Below, piece by piece: positions 39,415-48,593 of a stretch of 58,016 nt of DNA. Location of the stretch: assembly GCA_030647265.1 (NCBI GenBank), contig JAUSJM010000034.1:1-58016 (forward strand), given 5' to 3'. Numbering within the stretch: the stretch's first letter is position 1; each line of letters starts with the position of its first letter. The translations under genes and the position numbers were made by a program. Below the pieces are notes generated by a model. It saw only the letters and a list, made by a program, of their open reading frames with translations, did not search any database and was not told the origin of the DNA. This DNA comes from a bacterium. Its GTDB lineage: Bacteria; Patescibacteriota; Microgenomatia; Daviesbacterales; UBA10151.

Positions 39415-40509
39415 ATGCCACAAGATAACGGTGATGCCAAAAAAATTGCCATTTTAACTGCCATGCAACAGATCCAAAAGCAGTATGGCACGGGTTCAAT
39501 TATGAGGTTGGGTGAGCGGGTCGAGAAGATGTCTATTGATATTATTTCCACGGGTTCGATTGCTTTGGATTTGGCTCTGGGTGTAGGTGGACTTCCTAAA
39601 GGGAGAATTATTGAAATTTACGGTCCTGAAGCTTCTGGTAAAACAACAGTAGCTTTACATGTCATTGCCCAGGCTCAGAAAAAAGGCGGGGTAGCAGCTT
39701 TTATCGATGCCGAACATGCTTTAGATCCCCAAAGGGCTCAAAAGTTAGGAGTAAACTTGGATGACCTGTTAATTTCCCAGCCAGATACCGGAGAGCAGGC
39801 CCTGGAAATTGCTGAAACTTTAATCCGTTCCGGAGGTATTGATGTGATTGTTATTGACTCAGTAGCAGCCTTGGTTCCCAAAGCGGAGATTGAAGGTGAA
39901 ATGGGTGATTCTATGATGGGTGTTCAGGCCAGACTAATGTCTCAGGCTCTTCGAAAACTTACCGGAGCTATTTCCAATACTAACACCATCGCTATTTTTA
40001 CTAATCAGCTGAGGCAAAAGATTGGGGTGATGTTTGGCAATCCGGAAGTAACTACTGGAGGTATGGCCTTAAAGTTTTACTCTTCGGTTCGTTTGGATAT
40101 CAGAAAGATTGAAAATATAAAATCCGGTGATGTGGTAATAGGGTCCAGGCATCGGGTAAAGGTAGTGAAAAATAAGGTCGCTCCCCCATTTAGGATTGCT
40201 GAATTTGATATGGATTTTGATGGCATCTCTCATGAGGGAGAGCTTTTGGATGTTGGTATAGAGCTGGGGATATTAACCAAATCCGGAGCTTTTATTAAAT
40301 GGGAAGAAAAATTATTAGGTCAAGGGAGACAAGCAGTAATTATTACCTTGAAAGAAGACAAAAAACTGGCTGAAAAATTAGAAAAAGATATCAGAGAAAG
40401 ATGGGGTAAACAGGCATCAGGTAAGGATATAGTAGTAGGAAAAGAAGAACAGGAAGAAGCTATGCCTGCCGGCAGACAGGAAGCAGGTTTAGTAGAAGAA
40501 GCAGTCTAA
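39415..40509 (+). CDS. recA: Recombinase RecA
   Basis: [37 protein letters not shown]. Confidence 0.99.
   Translation: MPQDNGDAKKIAILTAMQQIQKQYGTGSIMRLGERVEKMSIDIISTGSIALDLALGVGGLPKGRIIEIYGPEASGKTTVALHVIAQAQKKGGVAAFIDAEHALDPQRAQKLGVNLDDLLISQPDTGEQALEIAETLIRSGGIDVIVIDSVAALVPKAEIEGEMGDSMMGVQARLMSQALRKLTGAISNTNTIAIFTNQLRQKIGVMFGNPEVTTGGMALKFYSSVRLDIRKIENIKSGDVVIGSRHRVKVVKNKVAPPFRIAEFDMDFDGISHEGELLDVGIELGILTKSGAFIKWEEKLLGQGRQAVIITLKEDKKLAEKLEKDIRERWGKQASGKDIVVGKEEQEEAMPAGRQEAGLVEEAV
40463..40480. repeat. Short palindrome in frame in the recA tail
   Basis: TGCCTGCCGGCAGACAGG with perfect core CTGCCGGCAG; reads MPAGRQ. Confidence 0.55.
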
Positions 40510-40517
40510 CTTTTTGG

Positions 40518-41180
40518 ATGCCCAAAATTACCTCAGTAGAACCTCAGAAAAAGAACCCTAGAAGATTTAATGTTTTTTTAGATGGATTATTTGCTTTTGG
40601 AGCAGATGAAGATTTAATAGTAAATTACCGTCTTATCCCGGGAAAAATAATCGAACAAAAAGATCTGGAAAAACTGCTTTTTGAATCAGAAGTGGGGAAG
40701 CTCATGGAGCGAATGTACGGGCTTTTTTCTATGAGAGCTCGTTCTGAGAAAGAGGTTAGAAATTATTTAAGGAATTTATCCTTTAAAAGAAAAATAAAAG
40801 ATAAGGAAGAAATTTCTCAGTTGGTGATTGATCTTTTGGTGGAGAGGTTAAAGCAAAAGGGGATGATAAATGATTTGGAATTTGCTAAAGCTTGGGTAGA
40901 AGGAAGAAGAAAAAGCAAACAAAAGGGGGTAAGAGCTTTAGAGATGGAACTTTTTCAAAAGGGAATTAACAGAGAAATAATTGAAGAAGTCGTCAGTCAT
41001 CAGCCGTCAGCTGTCAGCGAAGAAGAGTTAGCAAAACTTGCTCTAGAAAAAAAGATGAGGTCTTGGAAAAACTTGGAAGGTTGGGAATTAAAGAAAAAAG
41101 CTACAGAATTTCTTTTAAGAAAGGGTTTCGATTATTCAGTGGTAAAAACTGTAGTTGAAAATATTCTAAAAACAGGGTAA
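40518..41180 (+). CDS. recX: Regulatory protein RecX
   Basis: RSEKEV, INDLEFAKAWV, ELFQKGI, LLRKGF; follows recA. Confidence 0.9.
   Translation: MPKITSVEPQKKNPRRFNVFLDGLFAFGADEDLIVNYRLIPGKIIEQKDLEKLLFESEVGKLMERMYGLFSMRARSEKEVRNYLRNLSFKRKIKDKEEISQLVIDLLVERLKQKGMINDLEFAKAWVEGRRKSKQKGVRALEMELFQKGINREIIEEVVSHQPSAVSEEELAKLALEKKMRSWKNLEGWELKKKATEFLLRKGFDYSVVKTVVENILKTG
40993..41020. repeat. Heptamer tandem array in recX
   Basis: TCAGTCA TCAGCCG TCAGCTG TCAGCGA. Confidence 0.7.
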
Positions 41181-41189
41181 ACTACTATC

Positions 41190-41300
41190 AAAGTTTAGGA
41201 AACTTGAGGAAAAAGTGATGGTTCAAGCAGCTTTTGTAGTTACCAAAACAGCTTACCTTCAAAAGCTCTCATAGAGGGTCTCTTTTCCTTTTCCTAAAAA
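41190..41300 (+). ncRNA. Candidate structured RNA (6S-like rod or rny leader)
   Basis: Stems 41194-41202/41290-41298, 41207-41213/41283-41289 and 41229-41236/41260-41267 enclosing a central bubble. Confidence 0.4.
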
Positions 41301-41305
41301 ATTTT

Positions 41306-42646
41306 ATGCAAAAAACATTTGGACCTGGCAGTTCTGTGCCTTCTTCTGATCCTGTCTCTTCAGGAGATTTTGGCAAACAGGAGGCAGAGTTGGCAAAGAG
41401 GGAAGGTATTTTGGAGGAAAGAGAAAGACTTCTGGCTGAGAAGCTCACCGCTGTTGATCAGAGGTTGGGGGAAGTGGAAAAAATCCGCAAAGATTTAGTT
41501 GCTAAGTTAGAAAAATCTGCCGGACTTCCTCAAGAAGAAGCCAAAAAGCTGCTTTTGGAAAATATTGAAAAAGAGTTAGCTTCAGAAATTTCCAAAAGAA
41601 TTAAAGAAGCAGAAGAAGAGATCAAGGTTGAATCTGATGAAAGAGCTCGTTCTATCCTGGCAGAAGCGATGCTTCATGGGGTAACAGATTATGTGGCTGA
41701 ATTTACCACCTCTCAAGTAAAACTTCCTGATGAAGAGATGAAAGGAAGGATTATCGGTAAAGAAGGCCGCAACATCCGGGCTTTTGAAAACGCTACCGGG
41801 GTGGATGTATTGATGGATGAAACACCGGGAGTGTTAATTTTGTCTTCTTTTGATGCTGTCAGACGAGAAATTGCCCATATCGCTTTAGAGAGACTTATGC
41901 AGGATGGGAGGATTCAGCCGGAAAGGATTGAAGAGATTGTTAAAAGAACCCAAGAGGAGGTAGAAAAGATCATGTTTCAGGCAGGGGAGGCTTTGGCTCA
42001 CGAAGTGGGGGTTTATAACTTACCCCGGGAACTGATCTCTTTACTGGGCCGTTTTAAATACCGTTATTCTTATGGCCAAAACATGATCCAGCATACCCTG
42101 GAAGAGACAAAAATTGGCGTTGCTTTAGCTAAAATGCTGGGGGCCAATGTCAATATTGTCAGACTGGGCTGTCTTTTACATGATATCGGTAAGGTAGTTG
42201 ATCAAGACGATGAAGGAACACATGTGGAAAAAGGTGTCAGTGTGGCTAAAAAATATGGTTTGCCGGAAGAGGTTATAAATTGTATCGCTGAACACCATGA
42301 GGAAAAGCCTTTTTCTGCCGTAGAATCAATTATTTGTTATATCGCTGACGCTATCTCGGGAGCCAGACCCGGTGCCAGACGGGAAGATATTGAAGGATAT
42401 ATAAAGCGGATTGAGGATATTGAAAAGATTGCTACGTCCTATGAAGGGGTGGAAAAAGCCTTTGCCGTTTCGGCAGGACGGGAAGTAAGAGTGGTAGTTT
42501 TCCCGGAAAAAGTTTCCGATGAGGAATTACCTAAACTTACCCATGACATTGCTCAAAGGATCTCCAAAGAGGTGATGGTTCCGGGCCAGGTAAAAGTTAC
42601 AGCTATCAGAGAAGTCAGAGCTATGGATTACGCCATGACATCCTAA
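41306..42646 (+). CDS. rny: Ribonuclease Y lacking the N-terminal membrane anchor
   Basis: KGRIIGKEGRNIR (KH), LLHDIGK (HD), ADAISGARPGAR. Confidence 0.96.
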   Translation: MQKTFGPGSSVPSSDPVSSGDFGKQEAELAKREGILEERERLLAEKLTAVDQRLGEVEKIRKDLVAKLEKSAGLPQEEAKKLLLENIEKELASEISKRIKEAEEEIKVESDERARSILAEAMLHGVTDYVAEFTTSQVKLPDEEMKGRIIGKEGRNIRAFENATGVDVLMDETPGVLILSSFDAVRREIAHIALERLMQDGRIQPERIEEIVKRTQEEVEKIMFQAGEALAHEVGVYNLPRELISLLGRFKYRYSYGQNMIQHTLEETKIGVALAKMLGANVNIVRLGCLLHDIGKVVDQDDEGTHVEKGVSVAKKYGLPEEVINCIAEHHEEKPFSAVESIICYIADAISGARPGARREDIEGYIKRIEDIEKIATSYEGVEKAFAVSAGREVRVVVFPEKVSDEELPKLTHDIAQRISKEVMVPGQVKVTAIREVRAMDYAMTS

Positions 42647-43830
42647 TATTTTATTCTCCAAGCCAGGAAATAGTTTAAGAGCAATAAAAAAACTCCTCCT
42701 AAAAAGACATGGGAGAGAATAATTGCTCCGGTAATATTAAAGTTAGCCAGGCCAGCAGGGTTTTTAATGTTTAATCCCAACATGAGGTAAATAATCGCTA
42801 TAGTCAGGAAAAAGATAGGAGAGAGTTTAGTTTTATAAAACAGATAAGTGGTAGTTATCAGGGGGAAAAGAACGATGGTGAAATGGTGCTGCCAGGCAAA
42901 GGTAGAAAAGATAAGGGTGTATAAAATACCGATATTCCAAAGAATAATTTGTGAGGTGAGATCTTGAGAGTTGATCTTTCGCTGAAAATAGATAAAAACC
43001 AGCAAAGCAAAGGACAAAAGAAGGGTGGAGAATATTCTGATAGAGGTAAGAGGTAAAGAAAATCTTAAAAAAACAGCCGTAAGTGATTGGTTATAGTAGA
43101 CAGGGTCATAAAGGTTAAAATAACGGGGGATAACTGCCCAGTAATGTAAGAAAAGGTCAGGACCAAAAACCAAGAGGGTAACAGCTCCCAAGGTTAATAA
43201 ACAAACAGCAATTCCTAATAAAATTTTTATCCTTTTTTCCAGCAGAAAGAGGAATAAGAAAAAGAGGGGGGTGATCTTAAAGATGATACCCAGAGATAGA
43301 AGAAAAGCTGCTGGTAACTCTTTTTTCTTTTGGAGAAGATAGAAACTTGTAGATAAAAAGAAAAAGAGAAAATTATTAACTTCCCCCGAGCCTAAATTAA
43401 ATCTGAAGGGAAAAAACACCAGGACTCCTGATAGATAGAATATCCAAAGAAGTCTGTTGTCTGAAATATTAAGAGCTTTAAATAAAAAGTATGAACCAAT
43501 AAGAAAGGATATTAAGGACAGCAGAAACCAGGCTATCTGACTCATTTCCAGGGGTAGTAATGGGAGTAGGGAAAAGACCAATAAAGAAGGAGGGGGAGTA
43601 TGAAAATCAGAAATCTCTTTTTTGGAATAAGGATTTAGCCCAACTGACACTTGCTTTCCTGCTTGGTAGAGCACTGTAAAATCCAAAGCTGGCTTTTGTA
43701 AGACTTTTAAGTTACTGAAAGTAAACTGCCAAGTTAATAATAAAAAAAGAGGTAGGAGTAACCAGAAGAGCTTAGGATTAGAAAGAAGGGCTTGGAGCTT
43801 CATCTGCTTTACAAGCATAAGAAAAAGCAT
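42643..43830 (-). CDS. GT87/DUF2029 membrane glycosyltransferase (start may be 43803)
   Basis: DFTVLY, PPPS, KITP, NQSL, WQHH; many TM helices. Confidence 0.8.
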   Translation of the reverse strand: MLFLMLVKQMKLQALLSNPKLFWLLLPLFLLLTWQFTFSNLKVLQKPALDFTVLYQAGKQVSVGLNPYSKKEISDFHTPPPSLLVFSLLPLLPLEMSQIAWFLLSLISFLIGSYFLFKALNISDNRLLWIFYLSGVLVFFPFRFNLGSGEVNNFLFFFLSTSFYLLQKKKELPAAFLLSLGIIFKITPLFFLFLFLLEKRIKILLGIAVCLLTLGAVTLLVFGPDLFLHYWAVIPRYFNLYDPVYYNQSLTAVFLRFSLPLTSIRIFSTLLLSFALLVFIYFQRKINSQDLTSQIILWNIGILYTLIFSTFAWQHHFTIVLFPLITTTYLFYKTKLSPIFFLTIAIIYLMLGLNIKNPAGLANFNITGAIILSHVFLGGVFLLLLNYFLAWRIKY

Positions 43831-43873
43831 AGTACTTTACAACTGGACAGCTATCTGATAGATTACATCTAGG

Positions 43874-44146
43874 ATGACAAAGAACGAATTAATTGAGAAG
43901 GTAGCAAAAAAATCTTATCTTACCAAGAGGGCCACTACTGAGGCAGTAAATAATACCTTTGGTTTTATTGAAGATGCTTTGACAAGAGGAGAGAAAGTGG
44001 TGGTTTCCGGTTTTGGGACCTTTTTAATTCGCTCTCGGGCTGCCAGGAGGGGTAGAAACCCCCAAACAGGGCAGACTATTCAAATCCCTCAGAAAAAACT
44101 CCCCGGTTTTACTGCCGGAAAAACCCTCAAAAGAAAAGTTAGATAG
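43874..44146 (+). CDS. hup: DNA-binding protein HU
   Basis: MTKNELI, GFGTF, RRGRNPQTG. Confidence 0.95.
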   Translation: MTKNELIEKVAKKSYLTKRATTEAVNNTFGFIEDALTRGEKVVVSGFGTFLIRSRAARRGRNPQTGQTIQIPQKKLPGFTAGKTLKRKVR

Positions 44147-44178
44147 TATTTTTCCTTTTCCCTGGCTATTTTTGCTAC

Positions 44179-44219
44179 TTGACTCCTCTACCCTTTTAAA
44201 GTTAGTATGTATCCATACA
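44179..44219 (+). promoter_or_regulatory. Promoter and overlapping palindrome for the TrpR-like gene
   Basis: TTGACT-18 nt-TAGTAT overlapped by TGTATCCATACA (44208-44219). Confidence 0.55.
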
Positions 44220-44236
44220 GGAAGAATTTAGAGTTC

Positions 44237-44266
44237 TCGTCCAAAGGACGATGGACCTTTGGCCCA
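44237..44266. repeat. Twin-hairpin element, same architecture as in rplD
   Basis: TCGTCC-AAA-GGACGA TGGACC-TTT-GGCCCA. Confidence 0.7.
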
Positions 44267-44276
44267 AAAAGTCAAA

Positions 44277-44570
44277 ATGAGCAAGCCTAAAACCAACTCT
44301 GCTGTTAATATCCCTGACCACCTTATCAGAGAGCTTCTTACCCCATCAGAACTTCGAATGTTACAAAACCGTTGGAAAATAATGAACCTTTTAGAGGAAG
44401 GTCTGACTATTAGGGGGATAGCTGAAGAGGTGAAGGTGGGAACAGATACAGTGGTAAGGGTAGCCCGGATGACAGAAAGAAAAACAGTCAGGGAAGCTCT
44501 AAATAAGAATTTGAATTCAAAGAGGACTATCAAATCCAAAACCCCCTGGATTTTCGGTAAGTCAGAGTAG
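44277..44570 (+). CDS. TrpR/YerC-like helix-turn-helix repressor
   Basis: LLTPSELRMLQNRWKI..LL.EG.TIRGIAEEVKVGTDTVVRVAR. Confidence 0.8.
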   Translation: MSKPKTNSAVNIPDHLIRELLTPSELRMLQNRWKIMNLLEEGLTIRGIAEEVKVGTDTVVRVARMTERKTVREALNKNLNSKRTIKSKTPWIFGKSE

Positions 44571-45278
44571 TTATTTAAAAGTAGCAGCCAGTTTTTCCCA
44601 CTGGGCTTTGCGAAGTTTCAGTCTTTCGTCACTATCAATAATTTCTTTTGCTTTTTGCAGGTGTTCTTTGGCTTTTTCTGGGTTGTCCTCACGGAGCATT
44701 TCTACTAAGTGCATATGGTTTCCTGATACCCAAACGTTTTTATTGTAATCGGAAATTTCTGCTGACGTTTCCAGTTCACTCAGAGCACTCTCTGCCCTCT
44801 CAAGTGCAGTTTTATCACCAGTATTGTACTCGGCATGAGCCAAATGGAATTTAAAATCAGCTATAATAGCTGGTCTCTCAGGAACACGGTGAACAACGGG
44901 AGGATTATTGATAATATTATCAAGAGCTTCTCTAAAAGAGTTTGTGGCGTTTTGATGTTCTCCAAGAATTTCCTGAAGTTTGCCGAGATTAAATAAAGGA
45001 ATAGCCAGAGCAGTTTTATCACCACTTTCCTGGGCAATATCTACAGAGGCCATGGCAGTATACTTAGCAAGGATTAGGTAGGCTTTGTTTTCTGTTTGCT
45101 CATATAAATGACGAAGAGTAATGACACGGCCAGCAAGTGCTTCTGCGAAACCAAGAAGATCGTTCTCTTTTTGATAGGAAACCATCGCCCTCTCAGATAG
45201 CTCTAATGACTTGGTAAAATCTCCAGCTTCTCTGGCTTGCTCAGATTGGCCATGTAGTTGTCTTGCTTCTAGTTCCAC
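44571..45278 (-). CDS. Helical-repeat (TPR-like) hypothetical protein
   Basis: 235-aa ORF with repeated amphipathic helices. Confidence 0.7.
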   Translation of the reverse strand: MELEARQLHGQSEQAREAGDFTKSLELSERAMVSYQKENDLLGFAEALAGRVITLRHLYEQTENKAYLILAKYTAMASVDIAQESGDKTALAIPLFNLGKLQEILGEHQNATNSFREALDNIINNPPVVHRVPERPAIIADFKFHLAHAEYNTGDKTALERAESALSELETSAEISDYNKNVWVSGNHMHLVEMLREDNPEKAKEHLQKAKEIIDSDERLKLRKAQWEKLAATFK

Positions 45279-45334
45279 TATGATATTTTAGCAAATTGTG
45301 GCAAGGGTTACAATAATTCGGTAGAATAAAGCCC

Positions 45335-46330
45335 ATGAAAAAGGTTTTGGTGGTTTTGGGACCTACAGCTATCGGAAAAACAGATTTGGCTCTTAAACTG
45401 GCAAAAAAGTTTGATGGGGAGCTAATTTCCTGTGATTCCCGTCAGGTATATCAGGGCTTGGATATTGGGACAGGCAAAATGCCAAGTCAAAATTCAAAAA
45501 TCAAAAGTCAAAGGTACAAGTTAAAAGTTCAAAAGCTTAAAAGTAGATGGGTAATAAATGGGATCAGTATTTGGATGTACGATGTGGCAGATCCTCAGGT
45601 AAGGTATACAGTGGCTGATTATGTAAAAGAGGCAGAAAAGGTTATTGGAAATATTATCAAGAAAGGTAAAATACCTATCATTGTGGGAGGAACTGGTCTT
45701 TACCTGAAAGCTTTACTGGAAGGATTACCGAATCTTTCTATTCCCATGGATTATCAACTAAGAGGGGAGTTAGAGAAGCTGTCTTTAGAGGAGCTGCAGC
45801 AAATAATACAGCTACTCTCCCCTACTGGATGGAAAAAATTAAACGATTCAGACAGAAAAAATCCGCGCCGTCTCCTCCGCTCTATCGAACTTATACTTAT
45901 GAATCCATACATACAATCAATTAAAAATTTAAAATTTAAAATTAAAAATTACAATCTTTTAAAGATTGGGCTTACAGTTCCCCGCCAGGTTTTAAAGCAA
46001 CGGATTAATTTACGTCTGATTTCCAGGATAAACCAAGGATTAATTGAGGAGGGAGAGAGACTCTTAAAAGAAGGAGTAACTTTAAAAAGGATGAGAGAGT
46101 TGGGACTGGAATATGGAATGCTCGCCGAACTTCTCGGCGGTGAGATCAGCCAAAAACAGTTTCTCGAGCAGCTATCAGTAAAAATTTCTCAGTATGCTAA
46201 AAGACAGATGACTTGGTTTAAAAAAGAAAAAGATGTTTTTTGGTTTGATATAACTAAAGGGAATTTTTCTCAGGAAGTAGAAAAGATAATCCAGTCATGG
46301 TATGATCAAGCGGATGACAAGACGGATTGA
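45335..46330 (+). CDS. miaA: tRNA dimethylallyltransferase
   Basis: GPTAIGKT, DSRQVY, VGGTGLY, YAKRQMTWF. Confidence 0.96.
   Translation: MKKVLVVLGPTAIGKTDLALKLAKKFDGELISCDSRQVYQGLDIGTGKMPSQNSKIKSQRYKLKVQKLKSRWVINGISIWMYDVADPQVRYTVADYVKEAEKVIGNIIKKGKIPIIVGGTGLYLKALLEGLPNLSIPMDYQLRGELEKLSLEELQQIIQLLSPTGWKKLNDSDRKNPRRLLRSIELILMNPYIQSIKNLKFKIKNYNLLKIGLTVPRQVLKQRINLRLISRINQGLIEEGERLLKEGVTLKRMRELGLEYGMLAELLGGEISQKQFLEQLSVKISQYAKRQMTWFKKEKDVFWFDITKGNFSQEVEKIIQSWYDQADDKTD
45487..45543. repeat. Heptamer array inside miaA
   Basis: TCAAAAT TCAAAAA TCAAAAG TCAAAGG TACAAGT TAAAAGT TCAAAAG. Confidence 0.75.
45921..45955. repeat. Second heptamer array inside miaA
   Basis: TTAAAAA TTTAAAA TTTAAAA TTAAAAA TTACAAT. 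Confidence 0.6.
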
Positions 46331-47288
46331 CATTTCCTGGAAAACCATAATTTTTGTAACAGCCTTTTTTATCCTTCTGTGGATTATTTTTAAGATTTTA
46401 GATATCATCCTCCTCTTTTTTGTAGCCTTTATTTTTATGTCTGCCCTGACTCCAATAATCGAAAGACTTGTAAAATGGAAGGTGCCCAAAAGTTTGGCAG
46501 TGATAGTAGTTGTTTTATCAATCATTTTAGGAATTATAGGGGCTTTGGCTGTAGGTATTACTCCCCTCGTCACCCAAACCAGCAACTTGGGGAGTAAGTT
46601 GTCAGAAACTGTGGCTTTATTTCCTCAGACTTTAAGGCTTGACCAGTCGGTGATTTCTCAGGAGGTCTCCCGGCTTTCCGGACAGGCTGTTTCTATCACA
46701 GTAGATATTTTCAGAAACGTCATCGGTTTTGTCAGTGTCCTGGTGATTACTATCTATCTTCTTTTGGACCGGGAAAAAATTGAAGGTTATGCTACTTCCT
46801 TTTTTGGTCCTCGCCAGGATAGAGCCAAAAAAATACTTAGGATGATCGAGGACAAACTGGGAGACTGGCTGCGGGGACAGCTTGTTTTATCTTTAGCAGT
46901 TGGGGTCATGGTTTATATTGGGTTAGTTGCCTTGGGTTTGGATTATGCTTTGCCTTTGGCCATTATTGCCGGGTTTTTAGAGGTGGTGCCTGTTTTAGGT
47001 CCGATCATCTCTGCTATCCCCGCTATTTTACTGGCATTAACTGTTTCTCCCCTGCTGGCCCTTTTAGTAGCGGGGGTTTATTTTGTTATTCAGGAGTTAG
47101 AAGGACATCTTCTAGTGCCCTTAATAATGAAGAGGGCAGTAGGGCTAAATCCCATTTTAGTTATCCTGGCTATTTCAGTGGGAAGCAGGCTTTTGGGATT
47201 GGGAGGAGCACTACTGGCTGTACCTATTGCGGTAGTAATTCAGCTCATTTTGCAAGAGAGTCTAAAGATTGAAGAAGAGCTCTCCTAA
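46314..47288 (+). CDS. AI-2E family (PerM-like) transporter
   Basis: WLRGQL, VPVLGP, QELEGH..P, GLNP, LLAVP. Confidence 0.9.
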   Translation: MTRRIDISWKTIIFVTAFFILLWIIFKILDIILLFFVAFIFMSALTPIIERLVKWKVPKSLAVIVVVLSIILGIIGALAVGITPLVTQTSNLGSKLSETVALFPQTLRLDQSVISQEVSRLSGQAVSITVDIFRNVIGFVSVLVITIYLLLDREKIEGYATSFFGPRQDRAKKILRMIEDKLGDWLRGQLVLSLAVGVMVYIGLVALGLDYALPLAIIAGFLEVVPVLGPIISAIPAILLALTVSPLLALLVAGVYFVIQELEGHLLVPLIMKRAVGLNPILVILAISVGSRLLGLGGALLAVPIAVVIQLILQESLKIEEELS

Positions 47289-47290
47289 AT

Positions 47291-47319
47291 TTGATTCCAG
47301 GCTAGTGACAGGGTATAAT
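47291..47319 (+). promoter_or_regulatory. rnpB promoter
   Basis: TTGATT-17 nt-TATAAT, 6 nt before the RNA 5' end. Confidence 0.7.
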
Positions 47320-47325
47320 ATGCCT

Positions 47326-47631
47326 GCTTAGGAAGCTGGATGATATGCTGAGCCGCAAGGCGAAGTAAGGAAAGTCCAGACAGCACAGAGCAGGGTGCCC
47401 GCCGTAAGGCGAGGACGGGAAAACCGCTAGTTAGAGTAACAGTGACGAACCGAGGTCAAGCTCGGGTGAAACGGACAATCCTCCCCGCTGCAATCCTAGA
47501 TCAGACTGAGCTGCTCGCTCGATAGTCGAAATAAGGAGCGTCCCGGCTAAACCGGGATTGGGATGACTTTAAACATCATTTCAAAGATAGATTTCATCTA
47601 AAACAAAATCTGGCTTACTGGTTTCCTAAGC
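47326..47631 (+). ncRNA. rnpB: RNase P RNA
   Basis: AGGAAAGTCCAG and AACAAAATCTGGCTTA (P4 strands), GGGTGAAACGG, terminal helix GCTTAGGAAGCTGG/CTGGTTTCCTAAGC. Confidence 0.92.
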
Positions 47632-47672
47632 AAACAAAAGGAGCTCACTTTTTGGTGGCTCCTTTTGTTTTT
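47632..47672 (+). terminator. Intrinsic terminator after rnpB
   Basis: AAACAAAAGGAGC...GCTCCTTTTGTTTTT. Confidence 0.75.
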
Positions 47673-47965
47673 ACGTACACACCGAAAGAATTATCAAAAA
47701 TGCAGACTTAAATTCTTTCGGTTTTTTAGATACGGTTTAGGTATCTTGTCCCTCTAAGCTTTAGTCTAGATCAAAAAGCTCTTTGGCAAGTCCTCCAATG
47801 CATTGTATGAACATTTCCAGCATATGATGGGAATTCTTACTTGTCAACTTTTGTGGTATATTCCAGTTATTATCTGATGGAGACAGAGATGCATTGTTTA
47901 CTTCTCCCGGGGTTTGAAGCTAAACAACCCCAGGGGTTGGGAATGCTGGTACTTTAATCTTTAAT

Positions 47966-48532
47966 ATGGAGTCAGAGATAGAATACCACCCAGCAGAAAG
48001 AGAGATATTGCCCAAAGATTTAAGGGAGTTTTTTGTAAGAGCTAGGAGGGCTACTTATGCTGGAAATGCTAAGCCTGTAGATACACCTCTTCTTCCAAGG
48101 GCTAAAGAGCTAGTTTACACTACCGATCCAACCCAAGAACCAAACTCTCCTTATTATTACTATGATTCTTATGATGACAGAGGAGAAAGACCTGGAAATT
48201 TTGCTGGAGCGGAGAGGATAACTAGCCTATTAGAGGGAGGAGATCCAGTTTTAAGATGTCAATATGTTGGAGGATTAACTAATGAAGGGCTTAAATTAGG
48301 TGAGGGAACTATATATGGAAGACTTCAAAGGGTATTAAAAGAGCATGTAGAGAAAGTAAGGTTTGGTAATAAAGTAAAGGTATCATTTGCTGATGATAAA
48401 GGGGATTGGGTTTATGAAGATAAAGGGATGGTAGAGGACTGGGGATGGAGTGGAAGAGAGAGGATTTACCATAAGGGAATTTTAGTTTATGACATTATTT
48501 ATGGTGGGAATTGTTATCTTCGCGGATTTTAA
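47966..48532 (+). CDS. Hypothetical protein, DUF5680-like
   Basis: FFVRARRATYAG, YYDSY, FAGAE, YVGG, GRERI pattern. Confidence 0.65.
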   Translation: MESEIEYHPAEREILPKDLREFFVRARRATYAGNAKPVDTPLLPRAKELVYTTDPTQEPNSPYYYYDSYDDRGERPGNFAGAERITSLLEGGDPVLRCQYVGGLTNEGLKLGEGTIYGRLQRVLKEHVEKVRFGNKVKVSFADDKGDWVYEDKGMVEDWGWSGRERIYHKGILVYDIIYGGNCYLRGF

Positions 48533-48593
48533 TCAGCTCGAATTTTAACTTACTATTTACTATCCTATATTTTTTGCTAAACTCAAGATATAA

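Noticed and set aside
47680..47960. Short ORFs between rnpB and the DUF5680-like gene
   Set aside because: Under 30 aa, no motif or convincing ribosome-binding signal.
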